DNA of 64,000 nt, from positions 620,001-684,000 of the forward strand of contig MU008155.1 in NCBI GenBank assembly GCA_010909165.1, in the 5' to 3' direction. The notes beneath the pieces are model-generated. The model had not been told where the DNA came from. It ran no database searches and saw only the letters and a program-made list of their open reading frames with translations. The position numbers were made by a program, and so were the translations under genes. Each line of letters starts with the position of its first letter. The stretch's first letter is position 1. Below, piece after piece: positions 47,112 to 59,921 of this stretch. This stretch comes from Anthoceros angustus (lineage: Eukaryota; Plantae; Anthocerotophyta).

Positions 47112-47629
47112 TTGCGTGTGATGGGTGTCATCTCCGCACGTCTGTAGATACCGAGAGTACAAGACACCAAAACCAGCGTAACAAAGAGAGCTTTCCACTT
47201 TAAAACAGGGGTTACACGCTCTTGACAGATCATCATGATTCAAAGGACCCACCATGTACTTGTAAAGGCTTTCTTTACTTTTTGCGGACATTTGTAAGGG
47301 CTTCCTATTAGGGTACTGTTTCTGCCTTATGTCTACTTCTTGTGCCTAATAGTTTGCACTTTTTCTAACTAATGCCTATGACTTTCTCTAACCCATGCTG
47401 ATCAGCTCAATACGTAGGTGAGTGTCCGGAACACTAGGTACAATTTTTGTCTTTTGACGGATTTCCCCCTTGCTTTGAGTGCTTCGAATGTTTCTTTTGG
47501 CAATAGATAGTAGTGTGCCGGTCTCCAAAAGGGAAATAGAAGGAGTAAGCTTTGCATCAACAAACTCTTCATAAGAATGCATTTATTATGTCTATGTTTA
47601 TATATGTAACTTCAAAATAAGATACGATG

Positions 47630-47849
47630 TTTGTTTCTTTTGACTCGAATTTCTACACTTCACAATTAACTGCCCTTGGGGCGAATCGGGCACTGCAACC
47701 AAGGGCTATCTTGAAGTTGTTCAATTCAATTTCAGCATATTTGTTTCTTTTGACTCGAATTTCTACACTTCACAATTAACTGCCCTTGGGGCGAATCGGA
47801 CAATGCCACCAAGGGCAATCTTGAAGTTGTTCCATTCAATTTCAGCAAA
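47630..47849. repeat. Direct tandem duplication, ~110 bp x2
   Basis: TTTGTTTCTTTTGACTCGAATTTCTACAC... begins at ~47630 and again at ~47740. Confidence 0.85.
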
Positions 47850-48041
47850 TCAATGTTAGGATGGAATCCGTGTCCTTGCTCTCCTCTTCTTCATCGTCTA
47901 AAGAAAAGCTTGAAAAGTGTCCCTTGTTATGAGACGTGCCGATTTGCCACACATGAGATCATTATGTGCAAGACCTTATCACACATTTGATCATTATGCA
48001 TGAAACATTGGTTCACTATTTAGTTTTAAAAAAAGACCTCT

Positions 48042-49430
<1,389 letters not shown>

Positions 49431-50191
49431 GAGCGGAGAGAATGGTGTTGAAGACGGATCTCAGTGGGCAGAAAGAAAGCTTCAATTCATGGGCCTCAGT
49501 GGAGAAATAAGGGATCTAATGGCACATTGTATTACAAGAAAGTCATGCAAAAATTATTATTGTCCTCCCTTCAAGGAGTGACATCCATACATGAGTTTAA
49601 TGGAACTCCACTCCGCGAGAGAGTAGCAGATTGGGGTGCTACCCATCCCAGATTCATGGCCCAATGGGGCTGCTTGTTATAAAAATCCGACCCTCATCCT
49701 CGTCTCGTGTACAGGCCTCTCTCTATTATAAGAGTCTTACGGGGCTACTCCTGATCAAATTCATTATGCATGACTTTGATGTACACTTTGAAATATCTAT
49801 TAAGTCTCTAACTTCATTAAAAAATAATATACATTGAGTGAGATGGAAAAATGGATTGCAGGTGCAATGGACAGCAGAAGCGGGAATGCACCAGCTAATA
49901 TGAAAGGCTATAAAATCACAAAAGAAAATGTATTTTTGATATTTGTTTCAATAACGCTAATAGCAACCATACTCATCTACACATACTATTTGCATAATGG
50001 ATGTATACATATATTTTGTAAGTTTGAATCCTTGAAACATAAGATCATGTGTGAAAAAGATGCAACATGTTGATCTTATGATAAAGGTTGAATGAAAAAA
50101 ATTAATTTATACCAAAAACAATTGAAATAAGGTTTTTTCTTATATAAGATCAAAGGTGATAATTGTTTTAAAGTTCTATCACTGATAACAA

Positions 50192-50272
50192 GTGGTCGTG
50201 CCGGAGTGGTTATCGGGCATGACTAGAAATCATGTGGGTTCGCCCGCGCAGGTTCGAATCCTGCCGACCACG
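50192..50272 (+). tRNA. tRNA-Ser (anticodon AGA)
   Basis: Acceptor GTGGTCG/CGACCAC, A-box, anticodon arm CATGA-CTAGAAA-TCATG, long variable arm, GGTTCGAATCC B-box. Confidence 0.95.
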
Positions 50273-50306
50273 TACGCTAGTGCCATCCTTCATTCCGAGT
50301 AGGTTC

Positions 50307-50690
50307 CATTCGAACCTGCCGACCCCGTTCCCTACGTGCATAAGAAGCATTTTGTGCCCATTCGAACCTGCCGACCTCGTTCCCTACGTGCATAAGAAGC
50401 ATTTTGTGCCCTTCCTTATTTTAGAGTCGATTGTCATTCGAACCTGCCGACCTCGTTCCCTACGTGCATAAAAAGTCGCAACTAGGAGGAGTAGGGAACG
50501 TGCAATTGTGCCCTTATTTTTGAGTCGTTTTCATTCGAACCTGCCGACCTCGTTCCCTACGTGCGTAAAAAATTCGCAAATAGGAGGAGTAGGAGTCGTT
50601 TTCCCCCTTAAATAAATCGCAACTAGGAGGTGTAGGCGTCGTTTTCCCCTTTAAAAATCGCAACCATGAGGAGTAGGCGAACCTGGACCA
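50307..50690 (+). repeat. Repeat array downstream of tRNA-Ser, derived from its 3' end
   Basis: Four copies of CATTCGAACCTGCCGACC[C/T]CGTTCCCTACGTGC (50307, 50359, 50435, 50532), then 3-4 copies of a TCGCAACTAGGAGGAGTAGG..GTCGTTTTCCCC-like unit. Confidence 0.85.
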
Positions 50691-53600
50691 GAACGCCGTG
50701 AAGAGTGTGAGTGATGGAAGTTGGTTAGCGCAGGTCCAGTTAAGCGAGAGGAAAGGGTGACAAACGACAGACTTGTGCAAGATTTGCCTCGCTGCTTGAT
50801 TTCACCACGACTTCGGGTAGTCATCGCGTCCATCACTTCCGCACTGTCCAGCTCCTGCTCGGGCCCTGCAATCTCCGCAACCTGCCGGGAAAGAAACGGT
50901 GCAAATGTCTGAGGTAAGCAGATCCTGGCCCCACGCATTAAAGCGATCCTAATGTGGTTCGAACCTTCACGGAGCTGCTGTAAGGCATGGCAGGAACTTC
51001 TTCGTAGTCAGCAGCGTCCAGCTCAGCCAAATCCTGTGCCTTGAAGAATCTGGGAAGGATGAACTGACGGACAGGCACTAGCAGCATGATGAGAACAGGG
51101 AACAGGACGCCTGCAAGCGGGATCCAGGTAATGGCATAGCAAGCCACAAGATAACACAATTGGAAGATAGTGAAGATGGTGATGATTTTGAATGGCACCC
51201 GTTCCACGAAAGACGCATGCGCCTCTTCGAGCACTCTGCCGTACACACGAGAAGATAAAATGAATCCACTCAGCCTCAACTTGTTAGTCATATGCAGCAT
51301 GGTTCCCCATGAAGGTTCGGTCACTCACTTGAATCGCCGGTTTGACGGAGTGAACAGGAGCAGAATCCTCTCCCAAAACTGGTTTCCTGGAAGGCTTTCA
51401 ATGGCCATGTAGGCAAAGTAGCCCCAAAGTACGGACGTGGGAATTCTCTTGATCAGGGGCATAGCTCCAACGCATCCTGCCACCATCACAGATTGCATGA
51501 AGTTGCTCAGCCTCTGCTCCTTTACTTCTACTGGGAGGAGGTCATCAATGTCCTTTTCGGGATCGAAAATGCTTGTGTCCACTATCAGGTCAGCCTTTCC
51601 AGATTCTGCTGCTAGCTGGGTTATGCTGCCCTTGAACTCCTTCATGGCCTGCAGCGGTAATCGCCATCCTTAGAGACAGCTATCACAATGCCTTATGCAA
51701 AGTTTGGTCAAGTACATCGTTAATACCCTTGTGGAGGGGAACACCAGTGGACTCTCCATCTGCTCAAACGCTTGCTGCATGCTGGTGCACATTTCAGCGA
51801 CTGTAGCCTTCTCCTGGAGTTTTATCTTCGCAGTCTTGACCAATTTTTCACGAATAAGCTGACCAAAACGGAATTAGTGCAAATTAGTACCACTTGAAAG
51901 ACACAGGACCAAAGCAGGAAGATGCAGAGCAGACCAACACCAAACATTATTGATGACGTGGAGCACCTGAGTCTTCAAAGTGGCCAAGCTTTTGGTGTGC
52001 ATCGGAGACTGCGGCAGTACTCCGTTTGAGGGAGGTATTCCCAATAGCCCGCACATGATTGTCTGGAGAAATTACAAGGCATTATGGAAAGGAAGTAGAG
52101 TTCATGATCATTGGATGTGCATACTAGACGGGGGCTATACCAGCCAACCCAGAAGCAGTAGATCCCAATGGAATGATGATGGTTTTCGCAAGTTGAACTC
52201 CTTCTGCTGTGCCAGTTGAGAGGCCACGCTGTGATCAAAAAAATAGAGAACAGAAATCATTGTGGCTGGGATTATGGCGATAACAATGTACACCGGAGGG
52301 ACCTCCTTCATTTCCTGCAATCGAAACACATATATTATTCGTTAACCCATCTCGCGCATTGAGTAGGATCCGAATTTTACCAGAAGCAGCGTATCTGATG
52401 CTCACCCTGAGTACAGTCCAATTGCTCGATGCTCCAGGCGACCAGGGAGTAGGACTGAAAAGTCGTCTTGGAATGCCAGAGGGAATGGAATTTCCGGGCG
52501 AATACGATATTGCTGTCCATATGAGGACCATGAGTGGTACTCCATAGTCAGCAACAAATCCACGAAGGGGGCCTGCAAGGGAACATGCTCATAACGTGAC
52601 TCTCCTCTTTCTGCTCGCCCATTCCTGGAACATGCCTGCCGTGAACCTCAGTCCGGTGGGCTTACCTGCTCCATAACGCCACGATCTTGCCTTCCTGCTT
52701 TTGAGTGCAGTGAGGAGGAGGCCAAATGACAGTAGAAGCCCAAAAAGACCATTGGCAAACCGCCAGGGATGCTGAAACTGATCTTCTGACGGATCTTCTC
52801 TCTTTGGGATACGGAACTCCTCGATGACACCCTGCGGGAACATGCCACGAAGTTGTAGCAGAGTGAAACTCTTGAACTGCAAGCCGGGGAAGGGAAGGTG
52901 AATTTTTTTGCTCTTACTTTGACAGCCTGCTGCATGAACAGAACCGAGATGAGCATGCCAAAGAGCTCCCCTGCAAGCCGGGTAAACCTATGGATAATGG
53001 AGCATGCCCCAAGAACTGCCAGTACAAACAACATGGCTGCGGTCCATACGCTCACCCTGTAAAGGTCAATGACATGAAAAATGAGCAACAGCGGCTGAAG
53101 TTATGCTTGAAGAGGTTTTGGGGCATAAGGACATCGACGGTACCAAGCTGCCCACGCCAGGAACAAGCGTGGACCCAGGTTGGTTTGGCTCTTGGCGAAG
53201 TTGTACATGAAAGTGTACATGATGACAGTCGGCTCAGCCACTCCCAGGATAAGGAGGGGTTGGCCCCCCAGGATGGAGTGTATGACACCACAGAGCGCAG
53301 TAGATGCAAGAGTCTGAACTGCACTCAGCTGTCCATCTACGCAAGAAGCATACCATCTGCGGTCAAAATGAAAGCTCTTACTACAAAACGACGAATCCAA
53401 TATCCTTGTCAAAGATTACTTGTGTCTCGGTCAAGCTGCTCTCCAAACGAGATGACGGGGATAGCTGAAGCGAAGAAAATGTACGTCGTGGGTGCAAAAA
53501 TCCTGCAATGAAAACAAGGAAGCTCCAATCACCTCGAATTAGTATTCAGGAGCCGAGAAGTTGAGGAATCCCCGCAGAGTTCACATCACCGACCTGATGC

Positions 53601-53697
53601 CGGCGTTGAGGCCACCCAGCCAGTCATGCTTGTAGCAAGCATAGCGCGCAGCGATATCGTTTCGAATGCCTTGTAATGGAACGAAGGTCTCCTCCAT
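50651..53697 (-). CDS. BOR: Borate exporter (SLC4/BOR family), multi-exon
   Basis: [105 protein letters not shown]. Confidence 0.95.
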
Positions 53698-54370
53698 GGA
53701 TTCTCGAGGCAAATCAGCTAGGCAAACCTGCAGTCTCGCTGAACTGCCCACCTGCAGGCCAAGAGCCAGTGATCGAGCATGGTCACGAGTCTGCTTCTGA
53801 GGAATGGCAATGCTCTACAGAGCCAGCTCAAAGTCCGGTTCCCATGCACAGTAGCGATATCTCCTCGGCCTCGCGCAATGCAACCTTCCAGAACTTTTTT
53901 GGTATTGGCGGCAAAGCTTGGAGAACGGAGTCGCAACGTCGTATCCGAGAAATCGGTCCACCGCTTTTCAGGGGAGTTGTGCAACAATGTCGCGTCTGAA
54001 CGGTAAGATATGAGATGAGCTGGCATGCAGAACCTCAATAACTGCCAGGAGAATTTGAGGGATCCTGTGCAACAGAGAAGAGAACATCGGACTGAACGGT
54101 CATCAAGAAAGTGGTAAGTCTAAATCTCTAGATGACAAGACTGGGCTACACGAGCCTTGCGACGATCTCGCAATCGATACAGTACAAAGCGCCGCTAATG
54201 CAGGTGGTCCAGGCCAGGCAGCAAGAACGCAGGTTCCAACCGAGTCTGAACATCTACATTGGAGGTACTCGGGAAATCGAAACCTGGACTCGCACCAGCC
54301 ATGCATAATTCTTCTGCCATACTTCGACTCAAATGATTCTCTTGCACTGCACTGCACTGCACTGCCCTGG

Positions 54371-54427
54371 CCTGCCGCAGCAGCTGTTAAGCTCAAGTAC
54401 TTTGAGCGTAACAGCTGCTGCGGCAGG
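54371..54427. other. Near-perfect inverted repeat (25-bp stem, one mismatch, 5-nt loop)
   Basis: CCTGCCGCAGCAGCTGTTA-A-GCTCAA-GTACT-TTGAGC-G-TAACAGCTGCTGCGGCAGG. Confidence 0.9.
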
Positions 54428-56215
54428 AATTACAGGCGGTCGGTGGGAAGGCAGCATGCACAGCACAGGAAACGCGTGAGCTTGCCAACTCGTGTGTTTC
54501 AAAAACGGGAGAACACATCAACGCCAGCAATACATACAGAGTACCAAGTGCAGCCGAGGAGCAGGTACATCCTTATAAGTGGCAATTAATCTACCATCAG
54601 TAGAATCGGTTGGTGATATGATTCTGTGACCTACTTTACAGCAGCACGTTTGTATACATAGACCTACCCTTTGTACCACCAGTGCTCAACCCCATCCGTC
54701 TGGTGCACGCCCAACAAAGAAAAGGATGTATCTCCCTCGAGGTTGGCAGCATCCACATACATATACATAGGTCCGCTGGAGGAGGCAAGCACTGTAGACT
54801 GTAGCCGGAAACACAAATATTTCGGCTCACGGCCCTTCACCCCAGCGTATGAGAGAAATTGAGTTGGGCATCTCACGGCCTTCCTTTCCAAGATTTAGAG
54901 CCTCTACCTTTCTCATTCCTCCCCTCTCTTCGCCTTGCGGCAGCCTGAAATTCTTCCTCTGTGGGCTCCTTGCATTTCTTACTCCCCGAACCATATTTGG
55001 CTCCAACGCAGCCGCAGCAGCTGATACGCTCAAGTACTGAGGTTACAGGCGGTCGGTGGGAAGGCAGAATGCACAGCAGAGGAAACGCGTGAGCTTGCCA
55101 ACTCGTGCGTTTCAAAAACGGGAGAACACATCAACGCCAGCAATACATAGAGAGTACCAAGTGCAACCGAGGAGCAGGTACACCCTTACAAGTGGCAATT
55201 GATCTGTTCAGTAGAATCGGTTTGTGATATGAGTTTGTGACCTCTCCACAGCAGCACGTTACGTAGACCTACACTTTGTAGCACCAGTGCTCAACTCCAA
55301 AAATTTATCATCGACCTGGTGCACGTCCAACAAATAAAAGGATGGATCTCCTCGAGGTTGGCAGCATCCACACACATATACATTGGTCCGCTGGAGGCAA
55401 GCACTGTAGCCGGGACATAAATATTTCGGCTCACGGCCTTTCACCCCAGCTTCTGAGGGAAAGTGAGTTGGGTCATCTCACGGCCTTCCCTGTTCTAGGT
55501 TTAGAGCCGCTACTTTTCTCGTTCTTCCTCTCTTCCTTGCGGCAGCCTGAAATTCTTCCTCTGTGGGCTCCTTGTATTTCTTACTTCCGGAACCATACTT
55601 GGCTCCAACGCAGCTGCAGCAGCTGATACGCTCAAGTACTGAGGTTACAGGCGGTCGGTGGGAAGGCAGAATGCACAGCAGAGGAAACGCGTGAGCTTGC
55701 CAACTCGTGCGTTTCAAAAACGGGAGAACACATCAACGCCAGCAATACATAGAGAGTACCAAGTGCAACCGAGGAGCAGGTACACCCTTACAAGTGGCAA
55801 TTGATCTGTTCAGTAGAATCGGTTTGTGATATGAGTTTGTGACCTCTCCACAGCAGCACGTTACGTAGACCTACACTTTGTAGCACCAGTGCTCAACTCC
55901 AAAAATTTATCATCGACCTGGTGCACGTCCAACAAATAAAAGGATGGATCTCCCTCGAGGTTGGCAGCATCCACACACATATACATTGGTCCGCTGGAGG
56001 AGGCAAGCACTGTAGCCGGGACATAAATATTTCGGCTCACGGCCTTTCACCCCAGCTTCTGAGGGAAAGTGAGTTGGGTCATCTCACGGCCTTCCCTGTT
56101 CTAGGTTTAGAGCCGCTACTTTTCTCGTTCTTCCCCTCTCTTCGCCTTGCGGCGGCCTGAAATTCTTCCTCTGTGGGCTCCTTGTATTTCTTACTTCCGG
56201 AACCATACTTGGCTT
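54392..56215 (-). repeat. Three tandem ~600-bp copies of the DnaJ last coding codons plus 3' UTR
   Basis: Unit junction CTCAAGTACT at 54392, 55029 and 55631; each unit contains AKYGSGSKK.KEPTEEEFQAAAR. Confidence 0.92.
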
Positions 56216-57570
56216 CCAACGACGCAGCTATTGAATCCATTTTTTGCGAGCCCTTTTTCTGGATCAGAGATACCAAGTCGGAGGGAACCCCTGTACCAGC
56301 CTTCTTCTTCCTGTCACCAGGCGGCGAGGTGCCCGTCAATAAATTCTGGACGAAGCATGCCACAGAAGCAGGGCTGTTGTGTGCTGGTCATACCTCTTCG
56401 GAGGAGCTGGTCGCTTGGAAACTTCCTTGGCCCATTTCGTGTACGCCTTGTACTCTTTCAATTCATCTGTGATGGAAACCAAAAATATTGAGGCAAACAG
56501 CGGATGACAACATGGCAGACCCACAGAAATGGCTTCAACCGAGATTGAACCAACCTCTTGCAATTGCCTCGTCAATTATGTCCATGAAGCGATGGGAATC
56601 TTGGTCTGGTTCAGAACAGATCATATGGAGAAACACTCTGCAATTCACGGAGTCTGTTACGCCACAGCCCATGTGCCTGCTACAGGTTCATAGACCATAA
56701 TGCATCAAAGACATCCCAATTGGACATGGACAACCAACCTATGCATATTCCCTTTGTGTTCCGTATATAGTCTCTTCAAATCAGAAACCTCTGACTCCGA
56801 GTTTTGGTATGCAGCATAAAACTGTTCGATCTTTTCCTCAGTGATCTGCAGACAGCGATTTCCGTATTAGAGGCAAGAGGTGGAGGTCATTAAAAGTAGT
56901 CTCAACTAGAGGCAACAAGAGGAAGAAGCAAGATTTCAAACCTGTATGCTCCTAAAGTAGTCAACCCAATCTGCCGCACTATCTCCCAGAAAGTCCTGCC
57001 ACACCAGATGGCAAATCTCAGGTTTAGGGAACTCCAAACCTGGAAAGCAACTCTAAACCTAGACCCAAGAAGTGGAGGGAATGAAAACGTACCACATCCT
57101 CAACGCACCCGGTCCTATCATAAACCTCTCTCTTCTGCGGGTCTCCGAGAATGGCAATGACCCCTTGCAATGACTGGAATTTCTCTTTGGCGTCCTGCAC
57201 ACAGAGCGTGCAAATGGTTTCGGTCGTCAGCTGTTCTCGTATTATCAAGACATTAGAAAGCACCGGAGCTAAAAACGATAACAAACTCACCTCATCCCCG
57301 GGATTCTTATCAGGATGCAGCCGCAGTGCCAATTTGTGATACGCTTTCCTTACTTCCTGCTGAGTAGCAGTTCGCTCCACGCCAAGAACCTGAAATCCAT
57401 TCCAAGTACGAAATCTGAGTACTTCAATTCTTCACAATGCCGGACTCCTCCGACAAAAATATGACATGGGGAATCCACACAATACGAGGTAAGCATACCT
57501 TGTAAAGGTCCACCTCGTCCTTCTGATCCCCGGCTGCCAAATCCTCCTCAGCTGATTTCCTCTTCCCCAT
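56079..57570 (-). CDS. DnaJ protein, ATJ6/DNAJC9-like, multi-exon
   Basis: J-domain (DLYKVLGV, LALRLHPDKN, KEKFQ, REVYD); C-terminal KEYKAYTKWAK and EPTEEEF motif. Confidence 0.9.
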
Positions 57571-57994
57571 CGCAGCTTCCACAAAAGAGGATATGCAGCT
57601 GAATCCGCCAAGCTCAGAGATGTCCACGCTCCGATTGTTCAACGCCGCAATGGCCGTAAAAAGCCTGGTTTTCACAAGGGCTCGCATGTGAGCCCCGCTG
57701 GCAGAAGAGGCACAAACCCCAACTCACTCCACTTCCCTCCGCCGCGCAGCGCAGAAGAATCTGGGACCCCCATGGCCTCCACGGGGCGCCCAGGCCCCAG
57801 GACTGGAAGTACAGGAGCTTGGAGGTTCAGGGAACCGCGGTGCAGGAGGGATGGAAAACGCGTCCAGCTTGGAGGAGCCAAAATGGCGGGAAATGAGGGG
57901 GAGACACCTTTTGGGCTTTCAGCCAATATTAATACATGTATATACATAAATAGACTTTTACAAACAGATACCGATATCCACCCCGTCGCCTGTG

Positions 57995-59695
57995 CTAACC
58001 ATCAGGACAAGTGTAGTTCAGCTCCGTTGCTCCAGCAACACCGCCGAAGGGCAGACCATCCAGGAGGTCAAGGCCATCGAAGAGGGTGAGCAGGTCCTTC
58101 ACAAGCGGGGCACAGCGGGTGTCCTTGAGCCAGCCTTTGTCCCAGAAGGCAAAATCATCGTGGCCGAGGCTGTTGTGCAAGATAAGGCGCGCGTCGTAGC
58201 CGGCGTCCACCAGCACTTCCCAGAAGGCGATGCTGCTCTCCGAAGGCACAACAATGTCGGAATGGCTGGTGTAGAGGAAGCAAGGGGGCACCAGATGCTT
58301 GTTAGGGTTATGCGCATGCCGCTGCCGATGATCTTGGCCGAGGAGAGAGCGGAAGAGAAGCGTGGGAGACATGGCTTCGAAAAACGAAGGCCCTCCCATG
58401 GCTGGCGTCATGCAGGACAGCGACGCCACTCCCCTTCCGGCTTCGTACTTGTAGTGCTCTCCAATGTCGTACACTCCTGCAAGACCGATGAAGCAGTGTG
58501 GCTGCCTCGTGTCTCCTTGCCCTGCCAGAGATCCTCCGTTAGCCGTGTTGCGCAGGTTGGCTCGCTCCCACAGTACCAAAGCTGACAAATGCGCTCCTGC
58601 AAAATGAAGCGACAATCCAACGCGCTCACAAGGTGAAGCTACAGCGCAATCTTGGCGTGCTTGCAAACGGATAGTTCGCACAGACATACCTGCGGAGTGT
58701 CCCATGAGGAACACCCGTTCCGGGTCTCCACCGTATCCCCTGATATTGTCCATCGTCCAGGACAAAGCAACCGACACTTCCTTGGCCTGCGCAGCTGCTA
58801 GCACCTGGAAGGAACACAGAAGCGCCTTAAATACACAGCCTTGAGCAAAACCAGAACCAGAACCATGAGCAAAAGCAAAAGCAAAAGCAAAAGCATGCTC
58901 TCACATCAGGGAATAAGGTGTACTGGATAAGGACGGCAAGAATGCCATTGTCCGCCAGACATGCTCCAAGTGCACAGAACTGCCATTTGTCTCCCATGGC
59001 CCATATGCCTCCGTGCACAAACAGCACCACCGGGACGGAGTGAGCGCTGGAATGTGCGTGAGGAACATAGACATCCAGCCTACAAAACAGAGCGAAAGGA
59101 AACACTTCAACCTTCCAACCCGACGAATCGCAAAGTGACCGAATTGCAAAGTGACCCCTGCGGAAATGGAGCAAAGAAACACTAACCAATCGTACACAGA
59201 CGAGTTTGACGCTCACACTCACACATTCCGTTTCGCGCCTCCGAAGCGCACATCCCGGATGACAAAGGCCTTGTATGGCTTCAACTCTGGCCAGGAGGCT
59301 CGCCTGGAAAGGTCCACGACCGCGGCATTCTTGGCGCGCTTCCCTCCGCCGATGAGCAGCTCATTCCCGAGCTGCAACACCGGCAACGATCTGTGCAGTT
59401 GCAGCGCGTACATTATGGCGGGCAGCGCAAACAGGAGCCCCGAGGCCTCCTTGTAGAAGATGACAGCGATGGCAAGGAAGACGCGGATCCGCTGATACAG
59501 GCCCGGCACGGCCATAACCTCCTGCACCGCGCCCTTGAGCGCATGGCTCAACACGCCCGACACGGCCAGCTTCCGCATTCTCGTCCTTGCGACGCGCACT
59601 GCCGCTGTTCGAAACGAGATGGCACGGCCACAGGACGAGGCAATGCGGGAGGCGGCAGGCGGAGGAAATGGCGAGGGGCAGAGCACCGTTGCCAT
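57995..59695 (-). CDS. Isoprenylcysteine methylesterase (ICME)-like alpha/beta hydrolase, 4 exons
   Basis: RLDVYVP, VVLFVHGGIW, YGGDPERVFLMGHSAGAHL (GxSxG), GLAGVYDI, catalytic D (SDIVVP) and H (LGHDDF). Confidence 0.85.
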
Positions 59696-59921
59696 CACCT
59701 TGTGGCCCTCAAAAAATGATCCCGTCAACCCGGCCTGCCGCAAATGGGACCATAATCACCCCTCGATACACCACTTGGTATACCTATATTCCTGGATCAG
59801 CTACACCTTGTACGGGTATATATTCCTTCTTCGTCATCGTCCTCTCTGATGGCATCCCCTCGAATGGACGCGAAGGTGGCTGCCAGGTGATCGCAGCTGT
59901 GACCTTGGCCGAGCAGCAGCT

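Noticed and set aside
50307-50570. CRISPR array
   Set aside because: Eukaryotic context, no cas genes, spacers unequal in length and related to each other, and the repeat derives from the adjacent tRNA.
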